The position numbers and the translations under genes were made by a program. From Octopus bimaculoides (taxonomy: Eukaryota), in NCBI RefSeq assembly GCF_001194135.2, contig NC_068992.1, positions 59,179,803-59,216,395 of the forward strand: a DNA stretch of 36,593 nucleotides, written 5' to 3'. Below are positions 20,736 to 33,360 of this stretch, one piece after another; position 1 is the stretch's first letter; each line of letters begins with the position of its first letter. The notes below the pieces were generated by a model, which was given only the letters and a program-made list of their open reading frames with translations, searched no databases and was not told where the DNA came from.

Positions 20736-20999
20736 ATGATTGTTATTTGCGCAGTAAAGCTTGACAACTGTGCAGTGGTTTCGATACACTGCCGTACCTC
20801 CCCAAAGGAGAGGAAGAATATAAAACAAGACAAAACAGCATTTTACAGCGTTCTTATGACGAGAAAACAAAAATAAACACCATAGCTATAAGAGTATAAG
20901 TAAGTTGCTTTGTCAGAAGCATTAATAAATCAGTATTTAAGAAATGGAATGAAAGAGATGATGAAAGGAGCAGAGAAAGATAAAACTGAAGGGAGCAAA

Positions 21000-22100
21000 T
21001 GACCATATTTGGGTGCAGAGAGTTGAAAATGTATCGAAAGAGCAGGCTTGAGCTATTTGTATTATGCAACGTTGGGAATTCAAATAATAATGGTTTTCAT
21101 CCTAAGGTTGATAGCTATTCAAGAAGACAAAGATTATATTGCAGTAGAAATTTAGAAAATAATTTATGGTAATTAAAAGGATATGAATAAATGTAGGGTT
21201 ATGATTTATCTAAGGTAGGAAAATATTAAATGTTGATCAGGGTCAAACGAGTGTAGATAGGAATTGAACTGAAATTACGCAAGAATAAAGAACAGATTAT
21301 ATATTCAGTTGAACCAGTATTAAACGTATATTAGCGTATATTTATTGCCTAGGGAAACTTCGTTGATAAAATATAAATACTTAAAGTAATGTAATGCCAG
21401 ATAGATAGTGGTTCGAAGATAGATAAATAAATAGCATAATTGAAGAAATATGGAGTCATCTAAGGAGTAGTGCATAGGATAAAAAGTAATTAAAATAAAA
21501 GATAATTGAAATATTATATTACGAGGCAGTCATGGAGGCTGTATTGAGAATAAAAATTTGATATTATAATAAATAACAGGTGAGCATTGAAAATAATTCC
21601 TAATTATTCAAAAGTCACGTTAGAAGTGCTAAATAACAAAGAAATGCATTATACGAAACAAAGAAACTTTTAGGAAGCAAGAGAGAATGTATCCGCGTTA
21701 CTGAATTTCAGTATCATATCAGAGATTGTAATTTGTATGAAAATGCATAAAGGATTTTTGTGAAACCAATAATTGAAGTTGAAATTCCATTGTTCTAACA
21801 AGGAAAAAGATATGAAATGCATTCAAGGGAGCATAGAATAACTACGTTAGCACGAGAGCGAGAAGATAAATATTTATCACAACACAAGAAGGCGAATTTT
21901 CGGATATATCTAAAGAGAAGTGTTGGGGATTAAAATGGAATTAAAATAATTGTCAATTAGAATAATATATAAGAGCACAATTATGTGGGAGTGCCGTAAT
22001 CACAGGACTAATTGTATTCAGACACAAAACAACATGAATATTTCAAAAGCGGTTGACCATTTAAAAAAATCTCTAGTTATTTAAAAGTTACGTTAAAATC
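21000..22100 (+). pseudogene. Possible highly decayed LINE ORF2 remnant
   Basis: A-rich plus strand with faint motifs: IPLF*QGKR...HRITTL near 21785 (cf. PLFKKG...YRPISL) and ISKAVD near 22042 (cf. DFSKAFD). Weak evidence. Confidence 0.3.
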
Positions 22101-22428
22101 ATTGAATACAAATAAATGTATAACGGGAAACATACACACCTATGAAGAAGCCTATAGTTAAGATATTTACGTTACGGATTCCAATATAATATCAGGGATT
22201 ATAATTTTGAAGTCCACTTAACAAAATTCTGATATAATATCGAACATTGTCAACTTGAATGAAGATTTATGATAAAGTTTCATGCCATGAACGAATTTCT
22301 TCCTCCTCAAATCAATTTGTAACATTCTGCCGACTAAAGATAATCAAAATACTTTTTTTCTAAGTATACTTTTTTATAAGTGTATATACTCATGCATTGA
22401 ATTCTATCATTCCTATTTGTTCTACAAA

Positions 22429-22474
<46 letters not shown>

Positions 22475-23052
22475 TCATTTTCCTGCTTCTAATAAATACC
22501 ATATATTATTTTAAAAGCACACCGTCAAACTTTCCTATTCTACTACACTAAACTTGACGGTAAATATAGCTACTACAAGCTTAAACAATATTAGTAATTG
22601 CCTAAATGTGAATAATGATCCTTGTAATTTACCTATGTCTAGCTCAATTATTAATGCAGATCTAAGTTATAGCCATTGTGCATTGAACCCTGTATTTCAT
22701 TACAATAACCTTGGATAAAAAGATAATACCATTTCTTCAGTACTTTGTCAAACAGATCGCTTATGTAATTGACAGACAGTAGTAATTGCCCTTTGGATAG
22801 CCAAATCCTCCATAACAATATAGTGCATAAATATTCTGTTTCCACATCCGATAAAGTTTACTCCTATATTGGAATGTAAAGTATGATTGACTCGCCATCT
22901 TACTACATTTAATGGCAGGAAAAACCTACATAACACGACTTTTAGTTAAATTTATCTAGCACATTATACAAATGCTTTTCTATATGGAAGGGATAGGGAT
23001 AGCTTTGCTTTATGTTCTACGGAGACACTTAAGATGACTATGCATATATATT

Positions 23053-23055
<3 letters not shown>

Positions 23056-23094
<39 letters not shown>

Positions 23095-23261
23095 TATATG
23101 TGTGTGTGTGCATATAAGTACAGATATATTCGTGTATATACATTTATGTACACTTTTATTACCTCTTCTTAGTTTTAACATTAATTTTTTATCATTATGT
23201 TTTAATTACGAAGTGTGTGTGTGTGTGTGTGTGTGTGTATGTATATATATATATGTGTGTG

Positions 23262-23318
<57 letters not shown>

Positions 23319-23897
23319 AAAGAAGAGGTGTATTGCCATATACTCATATATGTATATGCATGTATTCGTGGATGCATGCATATACATACATAATCATATA
23401 TAAGCAGATATGTATATATGAATATGTATGCGTGTCTGTCTGTCTGCCTGTCTGTCTGTCTGTCTGTGTCTGTGTCTGTGTGTATGTATGTGTGTGTGTC
23501 AATGTGTGCGTGTGTGTAATAAAAATAAGTAATTATGTTTGCCACAAATAATTACGGGGAAGGACAAAATCTGCTTCGGCTGCAAGATTTACTGTTTATT
23601 TTCTTCCGTCTCAGACTGGAGATTGGCTCCATTATTTCCATTCAATAATAATTGGTTATATATATATATATATATTCCATCATCCTCTATTTTTTCTTCA
23701 ACAACTTCTCTCTCTTCTCTTTCTATCTTTCTCACTTTGCTTAGGTAGCCTTTGCCTCTATAACAGTCTCACTCTTCAACTCTTTCTCTATAACCCACCC
23801 TTTTTGCGTATATATACGTATATATACATATATACTATATACATACACACACATGAATATACGCATATACGTGTGTGTGTATATACATATTTGTATA

Positions 23898-23964
<67 letters not shown>

Positions 23965-24013
23965 TGTAATATTTATATAAACATACGTTTCTATACACAT
24001 ATATATGTATGTA

Positions 24014-24047
<34 letters not shown>
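23056..24047. repeat. (TG)n/(TA)n/(TCTG)n microsatellite fields
   Basis: Directly visible, with short unique spacers. Confidence 0.9.
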
Positions 24048-25154
24048 NNNNNNNNNNNNNNNNNNNNNNNNNNNNNNNNNNNNNNNNNNNNNNNNNNNNN
24101 NNNNNNNNNNNNNNNNNNNNNNNNNNNNNNNNNNNNNNNNNNNNNNNNNNNNNNNNNNNNNNNNNNNNNNNNNNNNNNNNNNNNNNNNNNNNNNNNNNNN
24201 NNNNNNNNNNNNNNNNNNNNNNNNNNNNNNNNNNNNNNNNNNNNNNNNNNNNNNNNNNNNNNNNNNNNNNNNNNNNNNNNNNNNNNNNNNNNNNNNNNNN
24301 NNNNNNNNNNNNNNNNNNNNNNNNNNNNNNNNNNNNNNNNNNNNNNNNNNNNNNNNNNNNNNNNNNNNNNNNNNNNNNNNNNNNNNNNNNNNNNNNNNNN
24401 NNNNNNNNNNNNNNNNNNNNNNNNNNNNNNNNNNNNNNNNNNNNNNNNNNNNNNNNNNNNNNNNNNNNNNNNNNNNNNNNNNNNNNNNNNNNNNNNNNNN
24501 NNNNNNNNNNNNNNNNNNNNNNNNNNNNNNNNNNNNNNNNNNNNNNNNNNNNNNNNNNNNNNNNNNNNNNNNNNNNNNNNNNNNNNNNNNNNNNNNNNNN
24601 NNNNNNNNNNNNNNNNNNNNNNNNNNNNNNNNNNNNNNNNNNNNNNNNNNNNNNNNNNNNNNNNNNNNNNNNNNNNNNNNNNNNNNNNNNTATATATAAA
24701 TACACCTACACTCTTTCTTTCTCCCTCTCTCTCTCTCTCATTGTCTCTCCCTCCATCTCTCTCTCCCTCCGTTTGTTAAGCACCATTGTCTTTATTATGG
24801 CAGACAAAATTGAATGAAAGCTGCCAGATTATTCACAGTAAATCTATGGATCTTTTCTTTGTTGTTGTTGTTGTTGTTTTCGTATGTAGTGTTTTATGTG
24901 TTGTTGTGCTGTCGTTTTTGTTTTTATTCAATGTTGTGCTGTATTATGTTGTTTGTTTAAATTCTTTTACCGTTTAGGGACGTGCCTCCATTGATACGGG
25001 CCAGAAATCTATCGGAGACAGAAATGTGTTTGGTGAAAATTTGGCTGTTTATAACTGAATGTATAGTTTACTGCAGCAGCGGCTGCAGCAGAAAGTAGGA
25101 TACAAAAGACGACGTTGACTTGGTGTTGGAGAGACGGAGGGAGAGTGGGAGAGG

Positions 25155-25159
<5 letters not shown>

Positions 25160-25188
<29 letters not shown>

Positions 25189-25327
25189 CAAAAAGGAAGG
25201 AAAGAAAAAGGAAAGAAAGAAAAGTAAAGAAAGAAAGGCAGGCAGGAAGGAAAAGGTGCAAGGAAGGAAGGAAAGGAAGAAAAAAGAAAGATAGGAGAGA
25301 AGGAAGGGAAAGGGTAGGAAAGGAAAA

Positions 25328-25377
<50 letters not shown>

Positions 25378-25473
25378 AAAGTAAAAAGGAAAAGGAAGAA
25401 GAAAAAGATAGCAAGAAAGGAAAAAGGAAATGAAGAAAGGATGAAAAGAAAGAAAGAAAGAAAGAAAGAAAGT

Positions 25474-25531
<58 letters not shown>

Positions 25532-25565
25532 AAAAGACAAACAACAGAAAAGATGTAAAAAGAAG
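25160..25565. repeat. Polypurine (GAAA)n/(GGAA)n/(GA)n tract
   Basis: About 400 bp that is almost purely A/G on the plus strand. Confidence 0.95.
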
Positions 25566-26175
25566 AAAAGGAAGAATGAATGATATGACTAAGGAATAAA
25601 CAGAAGAAGGAAAGAAAGGAATAAGGAATGAGTGATGATTGGTTGTAGCAAGTGTAGAAGTGGAGATGTTAAGATGGCTGACAGTAATAAGTGTGGCTGT
25701 ACGAAGTATAGATGTTTGGTGCAGTAGTCCTGATGAGTTTGAGAGTCTAAAGGATAGTTGTGATAAGTGAACATTAGTTTCCATATTTTCAACAGTTGTG
25801 TGTGATTTGAGGAAGATTTGGCTGCTATTTCTGCCATGTCGAGCAACAAGTTAGAAGCTTCCCTTGTTTTGTAGGTCATCGTGTGCATCTTATATCAATG
25901 CAATTTGAAATTATAAATATTTGAGACAGACGGAGAGAGAGAAAGAAAAGAAAAAAATACTTAACATTTCAAAAGTAGCATAGTTTGTTCAACTAAAGAA
26001 ATTCCATATCATTTAAATATTGAACAGACTCATCAATAATCTACTGATTGATTTTTTTTTCCTTTATTCTGACTTTGATGTATATAATGAGATCGACCCG
26101 CTTCGTTAGTCGGTGGTTTTACACAATAGATCTATAGGAAACAAGACAAGAAGAAAGATTAGCAGGCAAACATCA

Positions 26176-26245
26176 TAGCAACAGTGAAGGTATTTGAACC
26201 ATTGACCCTTTGGTTAGAAGACTGACACACTATCAGTGTCATCCC
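26176..26245 (-). pseudogene. Decayed tRNA-like or SINE-head remnant
   Basis: Minus strand gtcagtcttctaaccaaagggtcaatggttcaaatacc has a GGTTCAAAT B box and an anticodon-loop-like TTCTAA. It has no intact cloverleaf. Confidence 0.3.
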
Positions 26246-27157
26246 CAACACACATGCGCGCGCACACACACACATACATGCACACACACACGCACACACT
26301 CACGTGTACTTGTGTGTATGCATGTAGGTGTGTGTCTGGTTCTGTGTATAAATCTGTGTGATTATATACGGCAGTGAAACCTAAAATTATTATTATATTT
26401 CGGGACGGTCATTTTTAATCTTTCGTCACACATCCTGTCACCTCTTCAGCGACTCTCCATCCCACGTCAATCCTCCTGAGAACAGGACGAGATAAGCGAG
26501 GTGGAAAGTCACTGAAGTAGTCACAGGATATATGACAAAAGACTTTCAACAAAGGACACTAAAATAAGGACAATAATAAATCTGAAGTGAAGAACGAATA
26601 TATAGTGCGTGTGCTTATTTGGCAAAAAAAAATGACTGTCTCGAAGTGTAACAATATCTGTTTCATATCAGGAATCTTGCAAAACAAATGTATAAATGTA
26701 AAAACCTAAAATTATTTCCAGGTTGGGCACAAGACCAGACGTTTGGGGAGGTGGAAACCACCATGTTCGTTAGAATAAAAAACGCATGGCCAGATTTGAA
26801 GCGCCCTAGTTTCAACAACGCATATTCAGGAAGAAATGTTTTTAGTCCATTAGAGCCTGTAACAGAGGCTCGACTTCGCATATTCCGTATTTCCCGACAT
26901 CCAAGTTGACTTTATATGTAGTATAAACATTTTGTGTAAATGCTCAAACATCGTCGCTATCTTTTCACATCCTATTGCATTTCAAATGGAATTTTTGGTC
27001 CCCAAAGTAGTCATCGTCTATAAAACCACCTACCTTTTTTTGGTTGTAAATTTTGATCTCAAAAATTTTACTTGTATGCTGGAAAATATCGTAGAACTTG
27101 CGGTAATATTTCAGAGACATTTCTTTTAGAAAAATGTGTCTTACAGGCTATCATATT

Positions 27158-27311
27158 GGAAGTCAGAACCATCGAGCCTAGCACTAGGCTGGTACTTTAT
27201 GTTCGTTGATACCGAAGAGATGCAAGGCAAAGATTTAGAACTCAGAACATAAAGCGCCGGAATAGATGCAGCAAGGCATTTCTTCCGATATTCTAATAAA
27301 TCTACCAGACA
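27158..27311 (-). mobile_element. SINE family A, heavily diverged
   Basis: ctggtactttat...gataccgaagagatgcaaggcaaagatttagaactcagaacataaag...ctaccag. Confidence 0.65.
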
Positions 27312-27814
27312 CGAAAATAAATCTTAAACTTAATTCTGAATAACTTTCGAAATGGAATTAAATTAATTTCCGTATTTTCCAGCATACACGTAGACGTGAT
27401 ATATCGTGTAACCATGTAGTGTAAACATTCAACATCCTCACTATCCTTCCTAATCCTGCTGGATTTCAATGGATTTTTTTATTCCTCTAAGCCGTCTTGG
27501 TGAGTAAGTCAACTTACCTTTTTTGGCTGTAAATTCTATTCTGAAAAATTCAACTTTTATGCCAATAAATGTGGTAGTGATGACTGTATTTTCCGTTGAT
27601 CTTCTGGAAGAGGCACAAAAGGAATCGGAAATAATGTAATGCCATCATCAGAAATGTGAAGGATTATTCCATGTATTGCAAGTCAACTGCTTGCCGAACT
27701 AATTACAGGGACTGTTTTTGGTCCCCCTTCGAAAAAGATAAGTGAGATCATCCTTTCCTCCAAACAAGGCATCAAAGATCTAGCTCCTGTCCTAACTGAA
27801 CATTTCAGTTCTCA

Positions 27815-27930
27815 TTCACAAGGCGTTAGTCGGTTCGGAGAAAACAGTAGAAGACACTTGACCAAGGTGGAACGCCGTGATACTGAACCCGAAACTTCAT
27901 GGTTACAAAGCCAGCTTGTTATCCACGTGG
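27815..27930 (-). mobile_element. SINE family B 5' fragment (diverged)
   Basis: tcacaaggcgttagtcgg...agtagaagacacttgaccaaggtg...ctgaacccgaaacttcatggtt. Confidence 0.7.
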
Positions 27931-28689
27931 GTTTTTGTCGGAAGACAAATGATCTAATTCGCAAACGCGACCAGACGACTTTAAATCGAAATTATGGAAT
28001 CAACACAAACTTCAACAAAAACTAAAAATTAAAACAAAAGAAAAAAATATCGATTAATTAGATTTTTCTAAAATACTATTATATCTATGATAAATATTTT
28101 ATTGAAGAAGATTTTTCGGAAAACAAAGTAGGTAGGACATATTGGAATTGTAATCAAAGGCAAACATCAATTGACAGCAAATTTTACGAAATTGTGTGTG
28201 TATGCGTGCACAAGTATGTGTGTATGTATGAATGTTTCACAAAATACAGACGCCTTCTGAACGCATCTACAACAAATGACATATCCACCACGACTTTAGA
28301 ATAACACACACGCAAATATTAATAATGATAAACCCCAAAGAGATACTCAAGGAATTATAAAAAAATATAAAAATATAAAAAGGCAACCCCAATCACTGCT
28401 CACTCGACTAGTTACTATCACACTATCCTGCATTCAATTATTACTCTTTCTCTTCTTCTCCCCATCACTCTTCTTCTCCGTCGTCTTCATCGTCTTCTTC
28501 TTCCTTTCCACCACCTCCTCCCTTACTTTATTACCATTACTGCTGTTTAAAATAACACCCACGCAAACATTATAAACAATACATTCAAAAAGGATTTCTC
28601 AAGAATTCAAATCACTACTTCCGTCAACAACAGGTCATTTTCAGGACACTTAACCAATTAGCATTTTGCTACTATCATAGCGCTCCTGC

Positions 28690-28757
28690 TTCTTCTTCTT
28701 CTTCTTCTTCTTCTTCTTCTTCTTCTTCTTCTTCTTCTTCTTCTTCTTCTTCTTCTT
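28690..28757. repeat. (CTT)n microsatellite
   Basis: Directly visible. Confidence 0.95.
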
Positions 28758-29679
28758 CGCCAAGAATTCACAACGACCTCCAATACGCAAGAGTTAACAA
28801 GAGAAACAGAGTCAGACAGAAACAAGGAAAATGCCCCTGGTATTTGAATACTATACAAATATGTTTTTGAAAAGACTTTTCATTTAAATTTGCCAAAATT
28901 TAATTTTTCCCAAATTTCTTATCCATATTTACAGTTGAAAAGATCTCAAGGNNNNNNNNNNNNNNNNNNNNNNNNNNNNNNNNNNNNNNNNNNNNNNNNN
29001 NNNNNNNNNNNNNNNNNNNNNNNNNNNNNNNNNNNNNNNNNNNNNNNNNNNNNNNNNNNNNNNNNNNNNNNNNNNNNNNNNNNNNNNNNNNNNNNNNNNN
29101 NNNNNNNNNNNNNNNNNNNNNNNNNNNNNNNNNNNNNNNNNNNNNNNNNNNNNNNNNNNNNNNNNNNNNNNNNNNNNNNNNNNNNNNNNNNNNNNNNNNN
29201 NNNNNNNNNNNNNNNNNNNNNNNNNNNNNNNNNNNNNNNNNNNNNNNNNNNNNNNNNNNNNNNNNNNNNNNNNNNNNNNNNNNNNNNNNNNNNNNNNNNN
29301 NNNNNNNNNNNNNNNNNNNNNNNNNNNNNNNNNNNNNNNNNNNNNNNNNNNNNNNNNNNNNNNNNNNNNNNNNNNNNNNNNNNNNNNNNNNNNNNNNNNN
29401 NNNNNNNNNNNNNNNNNNNNNNNNNNNNNNNNNNNNNNNNNNNNNNNNNNNNNNNNNNNNNNNNNNNNNNNNNNNNNNNNNNNNNNNNNNNNNNNNNNNN
29501 NNNNNNNNNNNNNNNNNNNNNNNNNNNNNNNNNNNNNNNNNNNNNNNNNNNNNNNNNNNNNNNNNNNNNNNNNNNNNNNNNNNNNNNNNNNNNNNNNNNN
29601 NNNNNNNNNNNNNNNNNNNNNNNNNNNNNNNNNNNNNNNNNNNNNNNNNNNNNNNNNNNNNNNNNNNNNNNNNNNNNNN

Positions 29680-29879
29680 AGGCACAAGGCCTGAAATTTG
29701 GTGGGAGAGGGATAGACGATTACATCAAAGCCACTGTTCAGCTGGTACTTATTTTATCGTCCTCGAAAGAATGAAAGGCAATGTGGACCGCGGCGGAATT
29801 TGAACTCGGCATGTAGACGGACGAGATGCCGCTAAAAGCATTTTTTCCGGCGTGCTAATGATTCTGCCAGATCGCCGCC

Positions 29880-29880
<1 letters not shown>
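29680..29880 (-). mobile_element. SINE family A copy
   Basis: ggcacaaggcctgaaatttg...cggcggaatttgaactc...attctgccagatcgccgcct. Confidence 0.88.
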
Positions 29881-29926
<46 letters not shown>

Positions 29927-29930
29927 CCTC

Positions 29931-30143
29931 CTCTCTACTATTGGCACAAAGCCTGAAATTTGTGGGGAGGGATGAAGTCAATTACATCGACCTCAATGCT
30001 TCACTGCTACTTAATTTATCGACGCCGGAAGGATGAAAAGCAAAGTCTACCTCACCGGAATTTGAACTCAGAACGTAGCGACGGACAAAATGCCGCTAAT
30101 CGTTTCGTCCTGAGTGCTAAAGATTCAGCCAGCTTGCCGTCTT
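29931..30143 (-). mobile_element. SINE family A copy, tandem with the previous one via a (TAA)n tract
   Basis: Full family sequence. Its (ATT)n tail is the 29881-29926 tract. Confidence 0.88.
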
Positions 30144-30339
30144 TAGCTGCTAGTATACTTTAATTGTAAGATGTCCGTATTAAATCGTTAAAGCTTGACT
30201 CATCCTTTAACACCCAAGCGAAATTTCTAGACAAAGACCGTAATATGAGAATATGGAGGAGAATGAGAGGGATAAGGTGATGGTGAGAATAAGGGGGAGG
30301 AGGAGAACGTTGGTGGTAATATGGATGGTAGGTGATGAC

Positions 30340-30413
30340 AACGACGATGACAGAGGACAGGGTTACAACGACGACGACGACGACGACGACAACGATACGT
30401 CGACGAGCAATGT

Positions 30414-30468
<55 letters not shown>

Positions 30469-30658
30469 AATGATGATGATGATGATAGCGTCGATGGTGA
30501 TTAAATAATGGATAGAAAGAAAAGGAAAAGGAAAAAGAAACTTCATTCGAAGACGTGAAGAAAACGGAATCGGAGAGGAGGAGGGGGAGGGGAGGAGGAG
30601 GAGGAGGAGGAGAAGGAGGAGAAGAAGAAGAAGAAGAAGAAGAAGAAGAAGAAGAATG

Positions 30659-30701
<43 letters not shown>

Positions 30702-30720
30702 AAACAACAACAATAACAAC
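30340..30720. repeat. (GAC)n/(GAT)n/(GAG)n/(GAA)n compound trinucleotide field
   Basis: Directly visible. Gives the poly-D, poly-H and poly-S pseudo-ORFs. Confidence 0.95.
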
Positions 30721-32384
30721 AAGACCAGAAGCAGCAGCAGCGAAATATCTCAGGATGTGAGAGCGTGATATAATGGTATTTCATAGAAGGAACACATTTA
30801 CAATTATCTCGAACGTCAATGGAGGTTAAAAGTACGTTAATAAATTGAAAGTATAATTAAGAAATTTCCCGTAATTTAAGATCCTGTCACAAATCTTAAT
30901 TCCATGTTGCTATTAAAGGCATTTAAAAGAAATATTCGCTTGAACTGAACTGGGAAATAATAATAATTATTATTATTAAAACCTATTCTAGACCAATTGG
31001 AATTCGTCCATTGAATAACTAACCATTCTGTCGTCGATAGCAATGAAAGATAATTCAAGTATAGCAAAGGTAATAATTTTCCATAAGAGGACACAATTGT
31101 GATATCTCGTGTGTAATATTAATTCCTTGTTATTGTTCCATGACCCCTTATTTCTTAGGAATTATTATTAAAGGTAACGTGCAGAAACTGAGGGTTTCTC
31201 ACTTAAAGGTATAAAGGTCGGCTTTTGTAATGATGAGCAAAATGTCTCAATTGAATCGATACAAATATCTTACAAATAGGTCTTTCATTGAACTTTTGCA
31301 CGAGTAATGAAAAAACATGCAATCCATCCATTATTATCACTCCCAGCTCCATTCCTTCGTTTTCAGGCTGTTAATAGGACTTGAATGCAAGATTTAAAGA
31401 AATAAAACGTCATAGCGCTTAGATTTTAAGTCCACTGTTCTAGCTGTTATGTTAATTCGTCCCTCTGAAAGCGTAGTACGAAGATTAAAGAGAATATTTG
31501 ACTGGGGATGAGACCTGTTTGTTTGTTTTATCCTGTAAGAAATAAGCACCTTATGTAAGGCGTGGTACCGCTACATACTCACTCAACCGACTAGAAATAA
31601 CAACCGAACTCGTTGAAATTACACCCGAGTGTTTTAAATCAAAGAAGTGGTACCTTTCTTTTGGTTTTCTTTGTTTCTCCCAAACATTAACAATACACAT
31701 ATTAGATCACTCTGATAGCAACTAGTAATAAGTAAAACATTTTATACTGTACAACTTACAGCCTGTTTCACTGCTTGAGTCGTTGCCTGATAAACAGACG
31801 CTCTCACCAGGTAGCTTGGTGAGTAGGGTTACTCAAAACACAGAAGGACCTCTGAAAGTACTGACCAGTTCAAAATAGGGCAACCGTATTAGCAATAAGA
31901 CGAGAAATACTCTTTCAAAACATAGTATGCGGCTACTCTGGAATCCTGTGTTTATTGGTAGCCATAACCTCTGTTTTCATGGGTAATTCCACAGCAAACT
32001 AGAGTGAATCCAGTTGCTGAGTCAACTTCTGTGATTTGGTTGATTCGTCCAGTTTGATAATATCTTGATTGGAATATACGACTAGATAGGACCAAGAGCT
32101 CCTGTTGTAAAATACCGAATATGTCTCCTGTAAACATGTACCAAATGCAAGCTCAAATTTATATCTTGGTGCGGTTATTTAGTTGATATTAATTTCAACT
32201 GGAATTAATAGATTTTTTCCTATAAATATTGGTTATCATAATGATAAAGTATGGCTTTAATATTTTGAAGGAAATAAATTATTTTGATTTTTAAAAATAT
32301 TATATATATAGTTAATAGGTATTGTCTCGCATCCTAGGAATAATAGGGTTGGTAACTTGGTTTATAAGGCATATAAGTGACTGA

Positions 32385-32566
32385 GATCACATGACTTCTG
32401 AGAGAGACCACAGTTCGTAGTAGAGTTGCTCTGTTACAGTTGAATGGACAACAACGTGAAATGAAGTGTTTTCATCATGAACACGGGGTAGCTCCCGGTT
32501 CAGCAATCGAAACCACAATCTCATGATCATGAGTATAACACCCTAACCACTTGGCTATGTGACCCC
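32385..32566 (-). mobile_element. Diverged tRNA-derived SINE (family G)
   Basis: Sense ggggtcacatagccaagtggttagggtgttatac...gtggtttcgattgctgaaccggg...aaaacacttcatttcacgttg (A box, B box, CORE-like block). Confidence 0.65.
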
Positions 32567-32667
32567 TACCCATATATGTTTATGTTAATTATGAAAAATA
32601 AAAGTATAAAAAAACCTCATTATTTATGAGATGATCCAATATATACATACATACATACATACATACA

Positions 32668-33360
32668 CAGGGTGCGATGAGTAAATTGTTGCCATTTTAT
32701 AATTTTAATTTCATGCACGCCCATTGTTTGTTTTTTGGTTTTGTCGGAAGCTCTAATACGAACAACGTCCAGTCAAAGTCATGGTGTTTGGAGTGATCAC
32801 TAGTGATGGTGACGTTATGCCTCCATTCATCTTCCCACACAGCCTCAGACTTAACACGGAGACCTACATTACGTGCATGGAGGAGGTAGTGCTGCCCTAG
32901 GTCAAGACGGTGACTGCTGGAAGACCCTGAGTCTGGCAACAGGACTCTGCACTATGCCACACAGGCAGGAGAACCCAGCCATGGCTGCCAAACAATTTCT
33001 GCGACCACATCACCCCTAACATCTGGCCACCTAACTCCCCAGACTGCAACCCCCTTGATTATTATGTGTGGGATGCAGTTGGGCAAGAGACCAACAAACC
33101 TCCTTGTAACGCCAAAGATGAACTGAAGGCAAGGATTGTGGCAGCATTCATCAACTTAAACAAGGAGACCGTCCAGAGTTGCAGGAGATTTTGAAAACCT
33201 CTGGAGGCCGTGGTTGAAGCCAATGGCGATTTTATTGAATAAATTTACTCTAGTATTTCAAGATATTTTTATGTAATTTTGGTAAATATATCTATTTAAA
33301 TGAGATGTCAGTGTTATCTTCATTATTGCATAATTTAGACGAGTTATTCACCGCACCCTG
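32668..33360 (+). mobile_element. Internally deleted Tc1/mariner-superfamily transposon, DD37D (maT-type)
   Basis: TIRs cagggtgcgatgagtaa (32668) and ttattcaccgcaccctg (ending 33360). Interior 32760-33242 translates in one frame as VMVFGVITSDGDVMPPFIF...WQQDS...WPPNSPDCNPLDYYVW...VEANGDFIE*, with three internal stops and 37 residues between the second and third Asp. Confidence 0.9.

Noticed and set aside
25725-25760. CTGATGAG motif
   Set aside because: No downstream GAAA and no stem I partner.
13943-31818. Other short exon-like segments: 13943-14000 (GWLNGSIVEDEQRELPQYN), 15758-15853 (VNSASNAGYFGKFIIENYIEVDRNSIFSKPY*), 31762-31818 (PVSLLESLPDKQTLSPGSL)
   Set aside because: The splice-like signals occur at frequencies expected by chance in 36 kb, there is no recognisable homology, and they cannot be chained into a gene model without RNA data.
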